64,000 bases of DNA from a virus. The position numbers and the translations under genes were made by a program. The stretch lies in the IMG/VR virus record IMGVR_UViG_3300045988_168611, positions 54,219-118,218 of that record; one strand, given 5' to 3'. The notes beneath the pieces were generated by a model. The model did not search any database, had not been told where the DNA came from, and saw only the letters and a program-made list of their open reading frames with translations. Position 1 is the first letter of the stretch. Every line of letters starts with the position of its first letter. Positions 59,404 to 64,000 of this stretch are shown here, piece after piece.

Positions 59404-61185
59404 TCAGTTGTTGTTCTGACGACGACGCAGCAGAAGCGCAATGCCGCCAGCCGTGACGAGTGCAGTAGCACCCGCGATCATCAGGCCCATGTCGCTGGCA
59501 CCGGTCTGAGCTAGACCCGTGACAGCACCCTTGTGCTCAGTCGTGCTGTTACCCGGCTTGTCCGGGGTAGACGGAGCAGGTGGGGTCTGCTTAGAGGGCT
59601 GAGAAGGGGTTTCCTTGGGAGCCGGGGTCTCCTTGGGCTTCTCAGCGGGCTTTTCGGGAGTCGGAGTCACGCTGGGCTCCGAAGGCTTGGGATCCGGCGT
59701 AGGAGCAGGGTCCGTAGGCTCCGAGGGCTTCGAAGGCTCCGGCTTGGGCTTCTCAGGCGTAGACGGCTGAGACGGCTCAGGCTCAGGAGTGGGCGCAGGC
59801 GGCGTCACGGGCGGAGTACTGGGCTCCGGCGTGGGCTTCGGATCAGGGTTAGGAGTCGGCTGCTCCGGGGTCGGCTTGGGATCCGGCTTCGGGGTGTCCG
59901 GGGTCGGATCTGGCGTAGGAGCAGGCTTCTCGGGTTCCGGGGTGACAGGAGGCGTAGACGGCTCCGGCGTGGGAGTTGGCGCAGGCGGAGTCGACGGCTC
60001 GGGAGTCGGGTCCGGGGTCGGAGCGGGCTTGGGATCCTCAGGCGTCACCGGGGGAGTCACAGGAGGCTCAGACGGCTTGGGGTCCGGCGTAGGCTCAGGA
60101 GTGGGCGCAGGTGTCGGCGTGACCGGCTTCGCGTCCTCGCCAGTCTCGGCACCGGAAGAGCCCTTGGCTCGCCAAGTAGCAGTGGTGCTGACTTCCTTGT
60201 TGTTGACCGTCGCCTTGTTCGTCATCTCCTTCTCGGGAGTGACGACTACAACGCGGATACGAGCCATGTGGTCACCCTTCAGTTCGTTAGGGATCGTGAA
60301 GGTAGCAGACTTCCCGTCTGCACTCTTCGTGACCTTAGGCTTGGTAACACCGATGTTGTTCCAGTCGATGGGGTTGGCCCAGTCACCGTCGACAGTCGTC
60401 ATGGTGACACCGCCCTGGTAGGTGGCATCGTCACGAGTCTCCGTGATCGTGATGGTCTGGCCCGGCTGGCCCTGGGCCTGAACCCAGCATCCGAACTTGT
60501 AGAGGCCCTCTGGGGTCTTGCCATCAGACCAGCAGAACTTGCCGTCGCCCTTGGTGACGGGCTCACCGACGACGCCTCGGCCCAGACCGACGGTGTACTT
60601 CGTACCGTCGACGACGACGTTGGTCGTGGTCTTGCCGACGCTGGACTTGGTCAGCACGGCTTCGAGCTTGACGAAGCCGTTCTTGAGCGACCCATTGCCG
60701 CCAAGAGTCTGGGCGATGTCCTCGGTGACGACACACTTGAATGCGCCGTTCTCGGCGGTGCACTTACCGATCTTCTTCTCAGAGCCATCCAAGGCGGTGG
60801 CCTTGAGATCGACACTGTTGAATCCGTTCGGAACCTGGAGGCCGTCCCCGAGGCCCACGGAGAAGGTGGCACCCTTTTCGACCTTGTCACCCGTGTAATC
60901 GACGCGGATGTCGAGCGTGGCGTTCACGGAGTACTTGTCTCCGTAACGGCCCTTAACATCGGTCTTGACGATCTTGATGCCGCCCGTGGCGGTGGACGCA
61001 CCGGGCTCGGTGCCGATGATGCCGTTGTTGCCATCAGCAGACGCAGAAGTTGCGCCGTTGGTGTCAGCAGCGTTGTCGGTCCCGGTGGTAGCGGCCTGAG
61101 CAGCCACGGGGGCTGCGAAGAGAAGCGTGGTAGCGACCACAAGAGTGAGGCCGGACTTTCGCTTCTTGAAAATGTTGAGATTCAT
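59404..61185 (-). CDS. Cell-wall-anchored surface protein with LAQTG sorting signal and P/T-rich stalk
   Basis: Signal peptide ends PVAAQA. A beta-rich adhesin-like N-terminal half. A ~200-aa PTPEP/PKP repeat stalk. The C-terminus is KGAVTGLAQTG, a TM segment, then RRRQNNN. Confidence 0.8.
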   Translation of the reverse strand: MNLNIFKKRKSGLTLVVATTLLFAAPVAAQAATTGTDNAADTNGATSASADGNNGIIGTEPGASTATGGIKIVKTDVKGRYGDKYSVNATLDIRVDYTGDKVEKGATFSVGLGDGLQVPNGFNSVDLKATALDGSEKKIGKCTAENGAFKCVVTEDIAQTLGGNGSLKNGFVKLEAVLTKSSVGKTTTNVVVDGTKYTVGLGRGVVGEPVTKGDGKFCWSDGKTPEGLYKFGCWVQAQGQPGQTITITETRDDATYQGGVTMTTVDGDWANPIDWNNIGVTKPKVTKSADGKSATFTIPNELKGDHMARIRVVVVTPEKEMTNKATVNNKEVSTTATWRAKGSSGAETGEDAKPVTPTPAPTPEPTPDPKPSEPPVTPPVTPEDPKPAPTPDPTPEPSTPPAPTPTPEPSTPPVTPEPEKPAPTPDPTPDTPKPDPKPTPEQPTPNPDPKPTPEPSTPPVTPPAPTPEPEPSQPSTPEKPKPEPSKPSEPTDPAPTPDPKPSEPSVTPTPEKPAEKPKETPAPKETPSQPSKQTPPAPSTPDKPGNSTTEHKGAVTGLAQTGASDMGLMIAGATALVTAGGIALLLRRRQNNN

Positions 61186-61333
61186 TGAGTAACTCTTCCT
61201 TTCGTGAAGGGTGTGCTGGGGATAATGGGTTCATCCCCAGAGAAGACTCTTGCGCATCTGTGATGAGCAGGAGTACGTTCTGGTCTCAGTTTACTTGATA
61301 ACTGAGGATATTGACAGCCAAACGTGTGAGAAA

Positions 61334-61705
61334 TTAAGTGAAGAACACGCAGTCACCGCCAAACATTTGGATACGATCGTCATCGATAAGTGCGATTGGT
61401 GCATCTTCGGGCACAAGGCATTTGATGACGATCTTGTTACGAGACGTAGAGGATGCCCTCAGAACTGGAATGATCGTCCCACGCAGCTGCTTGGGTGTGA
61501 TGCCGTATGTGTTGACGAGAATCGTGTAGACAGCGAGCGTCTTGCTTTCGATCTCGTCGCTGAACGCGCGTAAGAGATCCGTGTGGGAGTACTCGTCAAA
61601 GGAGAAATTACACGGAAGCATGATGGGGAATTCAACGCGCAGCGTTGTGTAGCGACGCGGTTTGAAACGTTTGATAAGTGTGGTGAGAGCGGAGATGGGA
61701 GACAT
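61334..61705 (-). CDS. Hypothetical protein (123 aa)
   Basis: Start trimmed to ATG 61705, which follows ACAGGAC. Confidence 0.55.
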   Translation of the reverse strand: MSPISALTTLIKRFKPRRYTTLRVEFPIMLPCNFSFDEYSHTDLLRAFSDEIESKTLAVYTILVNTYGITPKQLRGTIIPVLRASSTSRNKIVIKCLVPEDAPIALIDDDRIQMFGGDCVFFT

Positions 61706-61736
61706 GTTGGTCCTGTCTGTTGTATCTGCTGTTTTG

Positions 61737-62180
61737 TTAGATGTGGGTGGATAGCCCAAGAAGGATATGCATCAATAGAGGAATGCTGATCATTGCACCG
61801 ATGATGCCGATGGCAATGAAGAGACCCTTTTGGGCATTAGTAGCTTTTAATTTTCCGTGACGACGGAGAAAGTTGATGTATTCATTTTTGCGCTGTGTGT
61901 ATGCGCTGTATGCTGGCGTGTACGGGTCAAAGTTACTTTTACTCGACCAGTTGGCTGCTCCCATGTATCGCCAATAGCGCATACGTTCTTCGTTTTCATA
62001 GGTGGGATTGGCACGGTATTCCATTTCGTATGCATTTGCCAGATCATATGCAATACCTTCAAGTTTGTCGATGGCGGGAATCGTCCGGTTGATGTAGATT
62101 TCGCGCTGCTGACGTTCGTATGCTTCGAGCAAATTGTCGATATTGTTAGATTTTGACGGGTGTTCGCACATGGTGCACAT
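61737..62180 (-). CDS. Hypothetical C-terminally membrane-anchored protein (147 aa)
   Basis: TM segment GLFIAIGIIGAMISIPLLMHILLGL. TAGGAGAA precedes the ATG. Confidence 0.55.
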   Translation of the reverse strand: MCTMCEHPSKSNNIDNLLEAYERQQREIYINRTIPAIDKLEGIAYDLANAYEMEYRANPTYENEERMRYWRYMGAANWSSKSNFDPYTPAYSAYTQRKNEYINFLRRHGKLKATNAQKGLFIAIGIIGAMISIPLLMHILLGLSTHI

Positions 62181-62287
62181 TGGTTTCTCCTATTGTTGAA
62201 GAGCATGAGGTATAGCAAAGTCCGCCCCTACCAATAGCAAGCGTATGTGCTACGGGTAGAGGCGGACTGTTACTAAGAGATTAGCGA

Positions 62288-62581
62288 TCAGATCTCATCA
62301 AGCGAGTATTCTCGACCAGCGCGGATGCGCATGATTTCGAAATCAGCCACGTCGCTCACAGTGCGGCAACCAGCCTTGTGTGCAAGGTTGTAGCGATCGA
62401 TGTAGTTATTAACGAGATCAACTGTGGCGGTGAAACCGATGGGCTCGGAGTCGGGGTTATTCAGTTCGAGGATCTCAGTCAGGATCTTCGCTTCGAAGAG
62501 ATTCTTTAGGATCGTCTCGTCGTTGATCCAGTATCGGTCGCCAAGGATGTCCTTGAATTCAATGTTGTTGTGGTCGGCCAT
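62288..62581 (-). CDS. Hypothetical protein (97 aa)
   Basis: GAAGGAGAA precedes the ATG. A hairpin (about 62219-62267) lies downstream. Confidence 0.6.
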   Translation of the reverse strand: MADHNNIEFKDILGDRYWINDETILKNLFEAKILTEILELNNPDSEPIGFTATVDLVNNYIDRYNLAHKAGCRTVSDVADFEIMRIRAGREYSLDEI

Positions 62582-62614
62582 GTGTGTTTCTCCTTCTTTT
62601 TTGGGTGGGTTCTG

Positions 62615-62776
62615 TCAGTGTTCTGGGATTAGCAATATAACTATTGACATACAAGCCGTTACTAGGATGGCAATGTCAATCGTGATAGCGATGGGTTTGT
62701 GTTTCTCAATATCTCCGGGGAGCATTAAAAGGGCCAGGATGATAGTGATGACGTTTATGATGATCCATGAGGACAT
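62615..62776 (-). CDS. Small two-TM membrane protein (53 aa), below the ORF-track cut-off
   Basis: Manual translation gives MSSWIIINVITIILALLMLPGDIEKHKPIAITIDIAILVTACMSIVILLIPEH. AAGGAAA precedes the ATG. Confidence 0.4.
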   Translation of the reverse strand: MSSWIIINVITIILALLMLPGDIEKHKPIAITIDIAILVTACMSIVILLIPEH

Positions 62777-62827
62777 GCCAGTGTTTCCTTTTTGGTTTTC
62801 GATTGTAGTGGTGTATGGAATTGTGCG

Positions 62828-63046
62828 TCATTTAATCGGCTCGATCAATGCCGCGATGTCAATCATGATGATGACGAGTAAGAAGCTCATGAGAACAGAG
62901 CTACTGATGAGAAATGCGATATGGCGTTTGCGGTGTGTGGGTTGCGCTGTTGCCATGTTGCGTGGCAGTGCCATAAGAGTGACAAGCAGCAACACAGTGA
63001 GTACAAATCCTGCGACATGGGTAGGGATAATAGATGTAATGTTCAT
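62828..63046 (-). CDS. Small two-TM membrane protein (72 aa)
   Basis: Start trimmed to ATG 63046, overlapping the stop of the upstream gene (TGACATG). Confidence 0.45.
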   Translation of the reverse strand: MNITSIIPTHVAGFVLTVLLLVTLMALPRNMATAQPTHRKRHIAFLISSSVLMSFLLVIIMIDIAALIEPIK

Positions 63047-63047
63047 G

Positions 63048-63272
63048 TCAGACCCAGATGAGCCACGAGTCGGGCTTTGCATTGATGCGCTCCAGCATCC
63101 ATGCGTCATTATGTGCACATTCGATGTTGTTGCTATCGATCCAGAGATTGAAGCCGTCGCAATACGTCTTCATGTATCGATTGCCCTCGCTGTCCTCGAT
63201 GACAGTACCGATGGCAAGACGGTTAAACGGCGTGGTGAGTGTACTGAAGATAACGGGCGGGTGAATAGACAT
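63048..63272 (-). CDS. Hypothetical protein (74 aa)
   Basis: Start trimmed to ATG 63272, which follows AGAAAGG. The track extension overlaps tRNA-Lys. Confidence 0.5.
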   Translation of the reverse strand: MSIHPPVIFSTLTTPFNRLAIGTVIEDSEGNRYMKTYCDGFNLWIDSNNIECAHNDAWMLERINAKPDSWLIWV

Positions 63273-63317
63273 GTGTGCGGCCTTTCTTCTTGTAAGTGGT
63301 TGTTGATGAGATGTGTT

Positions 63318-63391
<74 letters not shown>

Positions 63392-63412
63392 TGTGTTCTT
63401 TTTGTTTCTGCG

Positions 63413-63497
63413 TCCCCTCGGTGGGATTCGAACCCACATACCCGTGATGAGTACTGGAACCTAAATCCAGCGCGTCTGCCTGTTTCGCCACGAGGGG
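63413..63497 (-). tRNA. tRNA-Leu (anticodon UAG), type II
   Basis: Acceptor and T arm are identical to those of the Leu-CAA gene. CTGGA-TTTAGGT-TCCAG anticodon arm and a 16-nt variable arm. 85 nt. Confidence 0.85.
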
Positions 63498-63567
63498 TGG
63501 GCTCTCTGATTAGCGGTGTTGATGCTTGTACGTATCAGAGAGCTTTGTGATGATGGGTGAGAACTGT

Positions 63568-63765
63568 TCACCACTCGTCTGTTAGGGTGAAGATAAAGCC
63601 CTCGAATTCAACGCGTTTGATGAGATCATCGAGCATCCTGATGTTCTCGTTCAGAATGTCAGTCAGGATCGGTTGATCGTCGGCTCTCTTCTCACCCTCC
63701 AGCTGATCACGCAGCAACTTCATGCTGCGCGTGATGAGGGATTGCGCCTTGTCATTGAGTTCCAT
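63568..63765 (-). CDS. Hypothetical protein (65 aa)
   Basis: GAAAGGAGAA precedes the ATG. Confidence 0.55.
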   Translation of the reverse strand: MELNDKAQSLITRSMKLLRDQLEGEKRADDQPILTDILNENIRMLDDLIKRVEFEGFIFTLTDEW

Positions 63766-63808
63766 GGTGTTCTCCTTTCTTATTGGTCATCAGTTTTTGG
63801 TGGTGCTT

Positions 63809-64000
63809 TTACCACACAAAGCGCGAGTTCCCCATAATACTGCCTTTGATGATCTTGGTAGTATCGGAGCTATCTGCGGCATTACAGCGTCGAACGATTT
63901 CTGCGAGCTCATCATTAGTGTGATAATCGTTCCATGGGTCCACCCACACGCAAAAAGGTTCATTGGGGTTGTGTGGTCGATGGACGTGATAGAACGTATT
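63809..64000 (-). CDS. Hypothetical protein, C-terminal 63 aa (start beyond window end)
   Basis: Manual translation stays open from nt 64000 to the stop at 63809-63811 (...CVWVDPWNDYHTNDELAEIVRRCNAADSS...RFVW*). Not in the track because it is partial. Confidence 0.45.
   Translation of the reverse strand, partial: NTFYHVHRPHNPNEPFCVWVDPWNDYHTNDELAEIVRRCNAADSSDTTKIIKGSIMGNSRFVW

Noticed and set aside
58469-59419. 316-aa plus-strand ORF
   Set aside because: It starts inside tRNA-Leu and runs antisense through the 87-aa gene and lsr2, which have clear motifs and SDs.
59533-61188. 551-aa plus-strand ORF (and 59789-60421)
   Set aside because: It is antisense to the LAQTG surface-protein gene. 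Its Arg/Leu/Gly-rich repeats are the mirror image of the Pro/Thr stalk codons.

Overview
This 64-kb window is gene-dense, with about 85 CDS, mostly on the minus strand. It looks like the replication and accessory part of a large mobile genome. The host is probably an actinobacterium, judging from an Lsr2 homolog, LAxTG-type sorting signals and an actinobacterial-type sortase. Recognisable genes: a partial UvrD-like helicase, an Hsp100/Clp-type double AAA+ ATPase, a vWA protein paired with a MoxR AAA+ ATPase, an AEP prim-pol candidate, a classical SSB and a possible second SSB type, RarA, an SNF2 helicase, an NrdH-like redoxin, a VRR-NUC nuclease, a family B DNA polymerase, a D5/P4-type SF3 primase-helicase, a RecJ-like DHH exonuclease, a CPBP/Abi protease, a dNMP-kinase-like P-loop protein and Lsr2. 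I recognise no capsid, tail, terminase, lysin or integrase, so jumbo phage, phage-plasmid and megaplasmid cannot be told apart from this window. Stand-out content: (1) an RHH / ParM-like actin / sortase operon, plus three secreted proteins with LAxTG-type sorting signals, one of them a GH16 glycanase. (2) A 2.9-kb gene-free region (30.07-33.03 kb) containing a GC-rich, helix-dense core of about 0.7 kb (candidate large ncRNA), a nested perfect hairpin and two iteron families. One family (CCAGATAAG palindromes) recurs at the ParM operon promoter. (3) A 1.3-kb non-coding region next to the primase-helicase gene with about 13 copies of TGTAGCAG, which looks like an origin. (4) Two tRNA clusters with five good tRNAs (Gln, Pro, Leu-CAA, Lys, Leu-UAG; the Lys tRNA has an 8-nt anticodon loop) and two tRNA-like genes with aberrant anticodon arms. 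(5) Recurrent cis elements: a TTTATTCA box fused to the SD of five genes, and a 60-bp element with a covarying hairpin. (6) Several paralog families. All functional calls rest on motifs read by eye; no database search was possible.
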